Origin: a virus | Lineage: Duplodnaviria > Caudoviricetes | Direction: 5' to 3' (one strand) | IMG/VR virus record: IMGVR_UViG_3300046167_000389 | Location: 1 to 58,521 of that record | DNA: 58,521 nt | In this document: in pieces, positions 8,408-17,184 of the stretch | Layout of the letters: each line of letters begins with the position of its first letter | Numbering within the stretch: position 1 is the stretch's first letter | Made by a program: the position numbers and the translations under genes | The notes under the pieces: model-generated | Database searches by the model: none | What the model was told of the DNA's origin: nothing | What the model saw: only the letters and a program-made list of their open reading frames with translations

Positions 8408-8556
8408 GTAACGACATCAGAATCACAGAACTGGAAGAGCATCCAGACGGGTCAGCGACTATACAGATAGACCTTAGCCCTGAAGTCTTCGCGGAGATAT
8501 TCCAAGCCGGTTTTATAGCCTTGGTGAAGAGAGGTCTAGATGAAGAAGACAAGTAA
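8404..8556 (+). CDS. 50-aa hypothetical protein (MSNDIRITELEEHPDGSA...)
   Basis: Read by hand; ATGA overlap with thyX. Confidence 0.6.
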   Translation: MSNDIRITELEEHPDGSATIQIDLSPEVFAEIFQAGFIALVKRGLDEEDK

Positions 8557-8743
8557 AAAGCAGTACGCAATAACGTACTTGCATTATGTACTCGCACTTC
8601 GCGGCACAATTAAAGAAGCTGTGGAGTATGCTAAACAAGCTGAAAAGGATAGGGAGATATTGAGTGACATGAGCCAGAGAGATTTCTTAGGTCATGTCTC
8701 TGATTATATATCTATCTCAGATGTCACTGGTCAGGATGTGTAA
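8540..8743 (+). CDS. Hypothetical protein
   Basis: ORF with GAGG RBS. Confidence 0.55.
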   Translation: MKKTSKKQYAITYLHYVLALRGTIKEAVEYAKQAEKDREILSDMSQRDFLGHVSDYISISDVTGQDV

Positions 8744-8890
8744 TGATTAAGCTCTGCTACTACTGCTCACGTACCCACCAGCTACTGGCTCACAAGACTA
8801 TCCATAAGTCGGTGGCTGAACAGGAAATGAGTTATATCAACGGCTCTGACTTCTACATTCGTTTGGAATCAGTGAACGGATACTGATCAC

Positions 8891-8936
8891 AGTGGCAAAA
8901 GTGGCAGACTGCCACTCTGGAATCTGCCATGCCACT
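8891..8936. repeat. GTGGCA/TGCCAC direct and inverted repeats, probable integrase arm sites
   Basis: AGTGGCA twice, then TGCCAC, TGCCAT, TGCCAC, next to the attP core. Confidence 0.55.
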
Positions 8937-8978
8937 TTACCCATGTCGGAGGCATTTTATTGTTTAATATCAGTAATT

Positions 8979-9021
8979 TGGCTCCGGCGGTAGGGATCGA
9001 ACCTACGACCAATTGATTAAC
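8979..9021 (-). mobile_element. attP core: 3' half of tRNA-Asn(GTT)
   Basis: GTTAATCAATTGGTCGTAGGTTCGATCCCTACCGCCGGAGCCA covers anticodon, T-arm, acceptor strand and CCA; no 5' half; close to the integrase. Confidence 0.88.
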
Positions 9022-9107
9022 CGGACCCATTGATTTCATTGGATAATTCGGGATATCTGCAAAATGCCTGTTAACACTAATTGTTTTTATATGCACCTAA
9101 TTAAGTG

Positions 9108-9135
9108 TTGACAGATGAGAATAACTATATAAGCT
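9108..9135 (+). promoter_or_regulatory. Promoter for the primase operon
   Basis: TTGACA-N16-TAAGCT followed by a 5' hairpin and the leader motif. Confidence 0.55.
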
Positions 9136-9199
9136 GACGCTGTCTCTTTGGAGAGGCAGAACCCCAAACCAACTACCAACCAACTACTATGAGTGACCA

Positions 9200-9968
9200 A
9201 TGACCTACCTCGAACAACTAGAAGTCATCAAGGCTATCCCTATACGGGAAGGAGACACTAAAGTAATCCAGTGTCCTTTCTGTGGTGGCTTGAAGAAGCT
9301 TTCTGTTTCTAAAGTAGACGGCCAGCTAAAGTGGTATTGCTTTAGAGCAAGCTGTAATGGCAAAGGCATATACCAAGGCAAGAGAAGTCTACAGGCAGCT
9401 AAGAATTATCTAGCAGATGCTGTACAGCAAAAGACTAGAGAGCCAAAGCCTATTCCTTCGATTACTACTCCAGCCCGTAATCATCAGCCAGCACTCGACT
9501 ATCTAAAGCAGAACAATAGCCTAGAGGCTTATGAAGCTGGATACATAGATGTACGATACGCACCGGCAGAGGACAGAGTGCTATTCTGCATAGACACAGG
9601 CGCTGTAGGTAGATCACTAAAGAAGTATGGACCTAAGTGGCTTTCTTACGGTGTGCTGGAAGAGGGCATACACGTAGGTGTTGGATCGTCAGCCGTTCTC
9701 GTTGAGGATACACCATCAGCCTGTTCTGTTAGCAGAATTAACGGCCTTGTAGGAGTAGCTTTACTAGGTACTCGCGTAAGTAATTGCTTAAAAAAGTCGC
9801 TAAATAAATACGATGCTTGTTATTTGGTCCTTGACAAAGACGCTTCGTCTAAGGCTATAACAATAGGCTAGGAGTATAGATAAAAGCTTACTGATTAGGT
9901 TTACTTCTGAGGATTTAAAAAACCTGTCAGTTAACCAGCTTGTAGAGGTGTTAAGTAATGAACTGTGA
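9200..9968 (+). CDS. DNA primase (Zn finger + TOPRIM), frameshift near 9868
   Basis: CPFC...YCFRASC, VLVED, VALLGT, LDKDA; C-terminus continues in a shifted frame to the stop at 9968. Confidence 0.85.
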
Positions 9969-10264
9969 AAAATTTGAATGTATGAGGTCACCTCATATGT
10001 GTCTTGTAACACATCACTGGACAGGTTCGTATCTTAGAAAGCCCTACGGCGCTCACTACAGAATATCTCTCCGCATGCTTAGTAAGAAAGTTCTCAGAAC
10101 TACTTCTGATTGGACGGGTATAGATGTTTGGTGCAGCCCAATAGTTGCCTTAGCTCCACCATATCCCTCAACATAATTACCAGAATAAACTATGAAGGGG
10201 CCATTGTGGTCATTATATTCGTCTACGAAACCAGTACAGACGTTAAAGCAAAGGGAATGGTAAA

Positions 10265-10471
10265 ATGAAAGCTAGAGGAATAGCGATTATTGACATGTCA
10301 ATTGATGGGGGCTTCAAGGAAGCCGCCGCAGAAGAAGTAGCATTGGAAAAACTGATAGCAGACTACTGCAAGGGCAACCCACGCATAGTACACTATCAAG
10401 TTGAGTTGAGGGAGCGCAGAGGTGAACCCGGAGCCGTTGATCTGAATAAGATGAAGTTCAGAGCTAACTAA
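10265..10471 (+). CDS. Hypothetical protein
   Basis: ORF followed by a terminator. Confidence 0.65.
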   Translation: MKARGIAIIDMSIDGGFKEAAAEEVALEKLIADYCKGNPRIVHYQVELRERRGEPGAVDLNKMKFRAN

Positions 10472-10496
10472 CTAAAACTAAACGAAAAAGAAATTC

Positions 10497-10524
10497 AGCC
10501 CTGTCTTCGGATGGGGCTTTTTTT
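10497..10524 (+). terminator. Intrinsic terminator
   Basis: AGCCCTGTC-TTCG-GATGGGGCT followed by a T run. Confidence 0.85.
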
Positions 10525-10583
10525 ATTTAATTGGCTGTGTTACAATAGCACCTTATTAATACGCTAACAGCCAAGAGAGTTAA

Positions 10584-11798
10584 ATGGACCAATCATTGCT
10601 TAAAAGCTGCCTCAGTAATTCGTTCTATAGCGAAAACAAGGCAAAGCTTAGACCATCCCTTTTTGATGATACACTCAAAGAAGTATACACAACCATCGTA
10701 TCAATGCACGATGCATTTGAAAAAGACCTCACCCCACTAGAGCTATTTAGTTACTGGAAGGCCAACAATCCTACTAGCACAGGAGCTTGGACAGCCGACA
10801 TCCAAGACCTAATCAATTCAGTATCCAATGCCGAAGCGATCGATGATGTAGTGGCTGTTGATGTCATCGAAAACCTGTGGCGTCAGCATATAGGCTTAGA
10901 CATAGCCACCCTTGGCATAAAGATGTCTGAGGGTGATGCGGCTGCAATGGACTTACTAAAGTCTCTTCTAGACCGTGTCTCTGAGGGCTACATGCCTGAT
11001 GACTTTGCTGATGAAGTAACTGATGACATCGATGAACTACTGGCTGTTGTCAGTAATGATAACCGTTTCAAGTTCAACATCGACACACTCTCTAGAGAGG
11101 TCTACGGAATTGGTAGAGGAGAGTTTGGTGTAATAGCTGCCTACTCTAATGTCGGTAAGACTGCGTTTGCTATTAGTCTGTGTGCTGCACCGGCAGGTTT
11201 CTGCGCTCAAGGTGCTAGAGTAGGTTACATAGCCAACGAAGAGATTGGTAAGCGTACCAAGTTACGTGCGGTACAAGCGTATACCGGCATGACCAAAGAT
11301 GAGATTGCTTTTGACAGCCGTGGAGCCGCTGCACGGTATGCTGGTATTAAAGAGAGGCTGACCTTTGTCGATGCTCAAGGCTGGGATATCCAGATGCTTG
11401 AAGCGTATCTCAATAAGAAGAAGTTCGATGTGGTCATCGTCGATATGGCCGACAAGATTGCCCTAACTCAGCAATTTAACTCTGGGCATGAACGCCTGAG
11501 AGAACTCTACTACCGTCTACGTGAGGCCGCTAAGAAGTTTGACTGCGCTATACTAGGGCTATCACAAGCATCCGCTGAAGCTGAAGGCAAGACCCGTATC
11601 ACTATGTCCATGATGGAAGGCAGTAAGCTGGGTAAGGCGGCTGAGAGTGATGTCATGCTAGGCATAGGCCGAATGAATGATCCTGATAATCCTGATGACC
11701 CTAGTCGATGGATCACAGTGATGAAGAATAAGATCAGTGGCTGGCACGGTACAGTTCTCTGTAACCTGAACTCACAGACCTCTCGCTATGAAGTGTGA
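10584..11798 (+). CDS. DnaB-like (SF4) replicative helicase
   Basis: Walker A AYSNVGKT, Walker B VVIVD, LSQA, KNKISG. Confidence 0.9.
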   Translation: MDQSLLKSCLSNSFYSENKAKLRPSLFDDTLKEVYTTIVSMHDAFEKDLTPLELFSYWKANNPTSTGAWTADIQDLINSVSNAEAIDDVVAVDVIENLWRQHIGLDIATLGIKMSEGDAAAMDLLKSLLDRVSEGYMPDDFADEVTDDIDELLAVVSNDNRFKFNIDTLSREVYGIGRGEFGVIAAYSNVGKTAFAISLCAAPAGFCAQGARVGYIANEEIGKRTKLRAVQAYTGMTKDEIAFDSRGAAARYAGIKERLTFVDAQGWDIQMLEAYLNKKKFDVVIVDMADKIALTQQFNSGHERLRELYYRLREAAKKFDCAILGLSQASAEAEGKTRITMSMMEGSKLGKAAESDVMLGIGRMNDPDNPDDPSRWITVMKNKISGWHGTVLCNLNSQTSRYEV

Positions 11799-11934
11799 TG
11801 ACCTGCCGCCGCACCTTGCGCTGCTTCTGGAAGAAGTTGGCGTAATTAACCCTGAGCCTGAGCCACAGCCTGTAGTGCGTGACCTCTCATTTAAACGTCC
11901 AGAGTTGGATGAGAATGGGGATCCACCGTGGTGA
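11788..11934 (+). CDS. 48-aa Pro-rich hypothetical protein
   Basis: Read by hand; overlaps the helicase stop and the polymerase start. Confidence 0.5.
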   Translation: MKCDDLPPHLALLLEEVGVINPEPEPQPVVRDLSFKRPELDENGDPPW

Positions 11935-14090
11935 AATGGCTTGTATTGGACTTAGAGACAACGGTTAAGCGAATAGATGGCCGAATAGATAACAGCCCTA
12001 AGAACCCCGACAATCGGTGTGTGTCTGCTCACTACGGCTGGCTTGGGCTGGAGACTGTAGATGAGGTTCACACAGACCTGTGGCATCACAAAGAACTACA
12101 CTCGCCTGATGGTATAGACCGCCTGAAGCAGCACCTCGCTGAAGCAGACGGCATGATATGCCACAACGTGAAGTTCGATGCTGAGTGGCTGCTAGAGATG
12201 GGCTTTGAATTGCCGCCTATCGTCAGAGATACAATGATAACAGAATACCTGTTAGCCAAGGGCCAGCGAAGACTGCTTAGTCTGAAAGAGAGTGCATTAC
12301 GTCGAAAGACTGCGAGCTTAAAGAAGTCTGACTTAGTAGATGAGCTATTTAAAGGCGGCACATGCTTTTCTGAGATGCCGTTGGATGTAGTAGTCGAGTA
12401 CGCAGAGGCTGACGTTAAGGCCTGTGGTGAGTTGTATATAGCGCAGCAAGACATCTTAGCCCGTGAGCATAATCTCAGCCTTAAAAAGGTCATTCCCTTT
12501 ATGAATGAGATGCTGTTGTTTCTCTGTGAGATAGAGATGAACGGGGTAAAGATTGATAAGGCTGCTCTAGCAGAGGTTGAGGCGCAGTTTACCGAAGAGA
12601 AGGCTTCCCTAGAGATAGACCTGAAGCGTATTGTTGAACAGGTGATGGGTGACACTCCCATTAATCTAAATTCAGGTGATGATATGACCAGAGTGATCTA
12701 CTCGCGGGAAGTCATCGACAAGGCCATACACAAGCAGACGTTTAACATCGGAACCAACGAAGCCGGTAAGTCACTCAGACCGCCGTTTGATTTTATAAAG
12801 TACCCTAATAAATTTTATGATGCAGTACGGACCACCACCAGAGTTGTTATGAAGCAGTCTGCCTCTCAGTGTCCTGACTGTTCTGGTTCCGGTACTATAC
12901 AGAAGTACAAGGTTAAGACGAAGACGAAGCTAGGTAAGAAGTATCGTGTGCAGGGTGATCCTTATAAGAATAGGTCACGGTGTACGGTATGTAATGGCGT
13001 AGGAGCGATATACACCTCGACTGGAATAGTTGCTGGCCTGAAGATGGCTCCTAGTACAGCCTACGATGCCAGTATCGGCGGGTTTAAGTCTGACAAGGTT
13101 ACTATACAGCGTCTGATTGAACAGGCCGAGCGCAAGGATAATGCCACCGCCGTAGAGTTCCTGACTAAGCTGTCTCGCCTAAGTGCTGTGTCTGTTTATC
13201 TGGATAGCTTTGTGGCTGGTATTAAGAGAGGTACTCGCGCAAGCGGGTTTCTACATGCAAACTTCAATCAGTGCATTGCCTCTACTGGTAGACTGTCGAG
13301 TGGCGGTGGCATGTCGTTGAACTTACAGAACCAGCCTAAGAGAGGTTTCCCTGTTCGTAAGTGCTTTGTCAGTCGGTTCCCAAACGGTCTACTTTTAGAG
13401 TCGGACTACTCCGCTCTTGAATTTAGAACGGCGTGTGAGTTGTCGAGAGACAGTCAAGGCTTGGCAGACGTTTTAGAGGGTAAGGACATACACAGACAGA
13501 CTGCAAGTATATGTCTACAGAAGCCGCCTAACGAAGTCAGTAAGGATGAGCGTCAGGGTCATAAGTGGGCCAGCTTCCAGCCACTATTTGGAGGCACTGG
13601 AGCCGGTCAACCAGAGCATATCAAGGCCTACTTCAGCCGCTTCTATGAGATATACGAGGGTATATACGGCTGGCATCAGTCACTAATGAATGGCACTTTA
13701 AAAGATGGCACAGTAACCACACCTAGCGGGCGTCAGTATTTCTGGCCGAATGTCACTAGAACCAAAGCAGACAGGGTATCGAATGCTACTCAGATACTGA
13801 ATTATCCAGTACAAGGCTTCAGTGCAGACTTAGTACAATTAGCTTGTATAAGGGCGTTTAGGCTGTTTAAGGAGAGAAAACTACAATCAAAACTGATACT
13901 TACGGTACACGACAGTTTAGTGTGCGATACACATCCTGATGAGGTGGATCAGGTCAGAGAAGTTCTAACTGAAGCTATGACTAAGGTCAGCGAAGAGTCA
14001 AAAGAACGGTTTGGCTACTCCCTTATTGTGCCGCTCGACATAGAAATAAGTCGCGGTAAAAACTGGCTAGATCAGGAAGAATATGTTTGA
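11928..14090 (+). CDS. Family A DNA polymerase with DnaJ-like Zn-finger insertion
   Basis: Exonuclease DLETT and HNVKFD; polymerase STGRLSS, DYSALE, NYPVQG, TVHDS; CPDCSGSG and CTVCNGVG insert typical of HMO-2011-type phages. Confidence 0.95.
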   Translation: MVKWLVLDLETTVKRIDGRIDNSPKNPDNRCVSAHYGWLGLETVDEVHTDLWHHKELHSPDGIDRLKQHLAEADGMICHNVKFDAEWLLEMGFELPPIVRDTMITEYLLAKGQRRLLSLKESALRRKTASLKKSDLVDELFKGGTCFSEMPLDVVVEYAEADVKACGELYIAQQDILAREHNLSLKKVIPFMNEMLLFLCEIEMNGVKIDKAALAEVEAQFTEEKASLEIDLKRIVEQVMGDTPINLNSGDDMTRVIYSREVIDKAIHKQTFNIGTNEAGKSLRPPFDFIKYPNKFYDAVRTTTRVVMKQSASQCPDCSGSGTIQKYKVKTKTKLGKKYRVQGDPYKNRSRCTVCNGVGAIYTSTGIVAGLKMAPSTAYDASIGGFKSDKVTIQRLIEQAERKDNATAVEFLTKLSRLSAVSVYLDSFVAGIKRGTRASGFLHANFNQCIASTGRLSSGGGMSLNLQNQPKRGFPVRKCFVSRFPNGLLLESDYSALEFRTACELSRDSQGLADVLEGKDIHRQTASICLQKPPNEVSKDERQGHKWASFQPLFGGTGAGQPEHIKAYFSRFYEIYEGIYGWHQSLMNGTLKDGTVTTPSGRQYFWPNVTRTKADRVSNATQILNYPVQGFSADLVQLACIRAFRLFKERKLQSKLILTVHDSLVCDTHPDEVDQVREVLTEAMTKVSEESKERFGYSLIVPLDIEISRGKNWLDQEEYV

Positions 14091-14115
14091 TTACCGCGCT
14101 TAACTAATGTATAAT
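14087..14115 (+). promoter_or_regulatory. Sigma70-type promoter
   Basis: TTGATT-N17-TATAAT. Confidence 0.7.
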
Positions 14116-14141
14116 GTAAGTTCACTTTTAAGGAAATAAGT

Positions 14142-14961
14142 ATGACTGACTTAGTATTGCAAGATAACAGCTTAACGATTGAAGAAATTGCGGCACAATT
14201 AGGTGCGGCCTCTACATCATCAGGGCCGTCAATCCCTGCGGTAGGAATGAATTACGATGGCGAAATGGGTCCAATGGGCGCATTCTACTTGAAGACTGGT
14301 CAAGACCAAGTCTACGCCACAGAGAATGTAAGGTTCAGGGCATTTAGTAATCACCTACAGTACCAGCACTGGGGTGATGATGGCCTAGTAAACAAATCCT
14401 TACTGGTGAAAAATCAGCGCGAGGAAGCCCGTGATCAATTGGGCGGCATTATGTGTGGGATGCCTACTTATGAGCAGTCTATTCAAATGTCTCCTCAAGA
14501 GCGTGAGAAATACAAAGACATTGACCGTTACCGCATTATTAGAGGTATAATTAACTATACAGGCACAACCTCAGATGGCCGTGAGGTTACTATCGAAAAC
14601 CAGCCTTGTATAATGTCTCTTAAACGTAAAAATTACGGACCCTTTCTACCACGATGTTTTAAAGAAGCTGCCTCGCGGAATGAATCTTTGGGATTTTGAA
14701 AGCATTCTATCCAAAGACACGCAAACAAGCCCTAAAGGTAAGAAGTACTACGTCATGCACTTTGCTCCGCAGTTTGGTAGTCCAATTATAATGGATGATG
14801 TCACTCACGATAGCTTAAAGCATGTCACGGGTCTTGTTCTTGCTGAGAATAAGCGGATTGAGGAAGCCTATAAAGAAGCCAGTATGCGAGCCGTCGATGA
14901 GGCTGAAGCTGCTAGAATTATGGATGAGGTTAATCCCTTAGAAGCGGATTACCGCGTATAA
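14142..14961 (+). CDS. Probable ssDNA-binding-like replication protein, one gene split by a frameshift near 14650
   Basis: Two overlapping ORFs join into one; position after the polymerase; acidic tail. Confidence 0.55.
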
Positions 14962-15731
14962 TGGGCGTAGTAGAAGGTATGTCAAACGAGATGTACCACT
15001 CCCAGAGTGGTATATCCTCAACCGCTGTTAAGACGGTATACAAGAAGTCTCTTGCCCATTGGAAGGGCGAGAAACGCAAACAGACATCTGCTTTCTCTAT
15101 GGGGTCTGCCGTTCATGCTCTACTGTTAGAAGAAGACCGCGACTTAGTGATCAAGGGTCCAAAGACTCGGGCGTCTAAAGGCTTTAAAGAGCTTGAGGAG
15201 AATGCTGGAGATGATCAGGTTGTGCTTACTGAAGTAGAGTACCACGTAGCACACCGCATGGCTCAGGAGACCCTGAAGAATGAGACCTGCCTGACTGCTT
15301 TGAGGCATCAGAACCGTAAGAATGAGGTCTCTATATTTGCTGAGTGTGAGCGTACCGGCTTGATGCTTAAAACAAGGCCAGACCTCTACATACCTACAGA
15401 GGGTACGGTTTATGACGTTAAGACTACTCAAGATGCCAGCCCTACAGGGTTTGCTAAAGAGTGCTGGAAATACTGTTATGATATCCAAGCAGCATTCTAT
15501 TTGTATGTGTGTAATTTAGCTGGAATCTTAGTAGAACGCTTTCATTTCCTTGCAGTGGAAAAAGCTGCTCCATACGCCAGCCACATGCACGTAGTTAGTC
15601 CAGATCTACTAGCGAATGCTACGGAGCGTATGCATAGGACACTGGCTGTCATTAAGGATGCTAGTGATAAGGAAGATTTTGGTACTGGGTGGGGCGAGTA
15701 TACAGTCCTAGACCTCCCGAAGTGGCTATAA
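14961..15731 (+). CDS. PD-(D/E)XK exonuclease (RecE/ExoVIII-like, DUF3799)
   Basis: YHSQSGISST, GSAVHALLLE, KTRPD, DVKTT, YDIQAAFY. Confidence 0.88.
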   Translation: MGVVEGMSNEMYHSQSGISSTAVKTVYKKSLAHWKGEKRKQTSAFSMGSAVHALLLEEDRDLVIKGPKTRASKGFKELEENAGDDQVVLTEVEYHVAHRMAQETLKNETCLTALRHQNRKNEVSIFAECERTGLMLKTRPDLYIPTEGTVYDVKTTQDASPTGFAKECWKYCYDIQAAFYLYVCNLAGILVERFHFLAVEKAAPYASHMHVVSPDLLANATERMHRTLAVIKDASDKEDFGTGWGEYTVLDLPKWL

Positions 15732-16099
15732 CCCCACAGAGTGCCAAAGCGAAGGGCCGAAGACATCAGCAATGGGTCAGAGATAAAATTCTCGCTCTCT
15801 TTCCCAAAGCACTCCTCCCAGATGATGTCAGAAGCACTTCTATGGGCGCTGGCGGCGAAGACATACAATTAAGTCCAGCCGCCAGACGCCTGTTCCCATA
15901 CTCTGTAGAGTGCAAGGCCTTTAAATCATTCGCAATCTACAAGGTGATGGACCAAGCGGCAGATAACTGTCCGAAAGGTGCGGAGCCAATTGCCATTATT
16001 AAAGCTGATCGCCAGAAACCTCTGGCTGTCATGGACGCAGACCATTTCTTTAAATTGATTGGGAAAAATAGTGCCAAAAATAAACCTGCCCGAAAATAG
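15722..16099 (+). CDS. Holliday junction resolvase-like nuclease
   Basis: AKAKGRR, GAGGEDI, SVECK. Confidence 0.75.
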   Translation: MAITPQSAKAKGRRHQQWVRDKILALFPKALLPDDVRSTSMGAGGEDIQLSPAARRLFPYSVECKAFKSFAIYKVMDQAADNCPKGAEPIAIIKADRQKPLAVMDADHFFKLIGKNSAKNKPARK

Positions 16100-16388
16100 T
16101 ATCCACGTAATGCTCACCCTTGATCCTGATAGTGGCAGCATGACCCTGTCATCGCAGGGCAACATCCCCGAAGACTTAGATCCTGAATATGTGAAAGCCA
16201 TGATGGATATATCCAACGGCCTCTGCATGATTTTGGAGAACGGTGTCGAGTACCTAGCCACAACCGGCTCCATTCTAACTGCCCTAGAAGAAGAGATGAG
16301 CGAAGAGGTGGTCTTCGAACCGGATGATGAGCTTCTAGATGCAGTGTCTGACGCCAAGATTATAGATTTTAGCAAGAAGGTGCATTGA
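16071..16388 (+). CDS. Acidic hypothetical protein
   Basis: ORF within the operon. Confidence 0.6.
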   Translation: MPKINLPENSIHVMLTLDPDSGSMTLSSQGNIPEDLDPEYVKAMMDISNGLCMILENGVEYLATTGSILTALEEEMSEEVVFEPDDELLDAVSDAKIIDFSKKVH

Positions 16389-16702
16389 TGAACGCTCGCA
16401 GTAAAAAAATGACTTACGAAGATCATCTACGTGAACCCATTGATCAAGACCCAATGCCCATCATGGATGTAGTCCATAAGCCTCTACATTATAATCAGTC
16501 TGGAATTGAATGCATAGACGCTATGAAGGCTATGGCAGACGGCGGTACTGAGCCACCTAAAATCATTCCAACTCAGCATCAGTCATATTGCTGGCAGAAC
16601 TCCTTTAAATACCTATGGCGGTGGCCTTATAAAAATGGGGCCGAAGACCTCAAGAAAGCCCGTTGGTACTTAGACCGGCTGATTGAGGAGCTTGAAGAAT
16701 GA
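16385..16702 (+). CDS. DUF3310 family protein (T7 gp1.7-like)
   Basis: VHKPLHYNQSGIECIDA; KYLWRWPYKNGAEDLKKARWYL. Confidence 0.88.
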   Translation: MMNARSKKMTYEDHLREPIDQDPMPIMDVVHKPLHYNQSGIECIDAMKAMADGGTEPPKIIPTQHQSYCWQNSFKYLWRWPYKNGAEDLKKARWYLDRLIEELEE

Positions 16703-17184
16703 TCACTCAGGAAGATATCGACGCAGTGGCTGAACTAGCAGAGCCACTACCACAAGCTGGCCTACACAACATGCCAGATGATTGGGATAGACACAGACAT
16801 CTCTCGCCTCTGGAAATGGTCTCTGACTTTGCATCCCGAATGGAGCAGCCACTAGGTGAGAAGTGGAAATTCAGCAAGAAGCTGGAAGATTTTCGCTGGG
16901 ATATGATTCAGGAAGAATACGGGGAAGCTTTTGATGAAAGCTGCAACGGCAATAACCCTGAAAACATGCTCAAGGAATTAGCTGATCTTGTCTACGTAAT
17001 TTACGGCTACGCAGCCACATATGGCTGGAACTTAGACAAGGCAGTTCGCCGTGTACACCGCTCCAATATGAGCAAGCTGGGCTTAGACGGCAAGCCCCTG
17101 AAAGGACCAGACGGCAAAGTGCAGAAGGGTCCGAATTATAAAAAACCAACACTAACGGATCTAGTGGAGACCAATGATGAGTAA
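16699..17184 (+). CDS. MazG-like NTP pyrophosphohydrolase
   Basis: IQEEYGE, KELADLVYVIYG, VHRSNMSK, DGKVQKGPNY. Confidence 0.85.
   Translation: MITQEDIDAVAELAEPLPQAGLHNMPDDWDRHRHLSPLEMVSDFASRMEQPLGEKWKFSKKLEDFRWDMIQEEYGEAFDESCNGNNPENMLKELADLVYVIYGYAATYGWNLDKAVRRVHRSNMSKLGLDGKPLKGPDGKVQKGPNYKKPTLTDLVETNDE

Noticed and set aside
8979-9021. Functional tRNA-Asn gene
   Set aside because: Only the 3' half from the anticodon onward is present; fits an attP core.
9958-10176. Ribosome-arrest leader peptide (ends ALAPPYPST)
   Set aside because: Only loosely resembles RAPP-type motifs and the ORF itself is uncertain; it cannot be supported without homologues.
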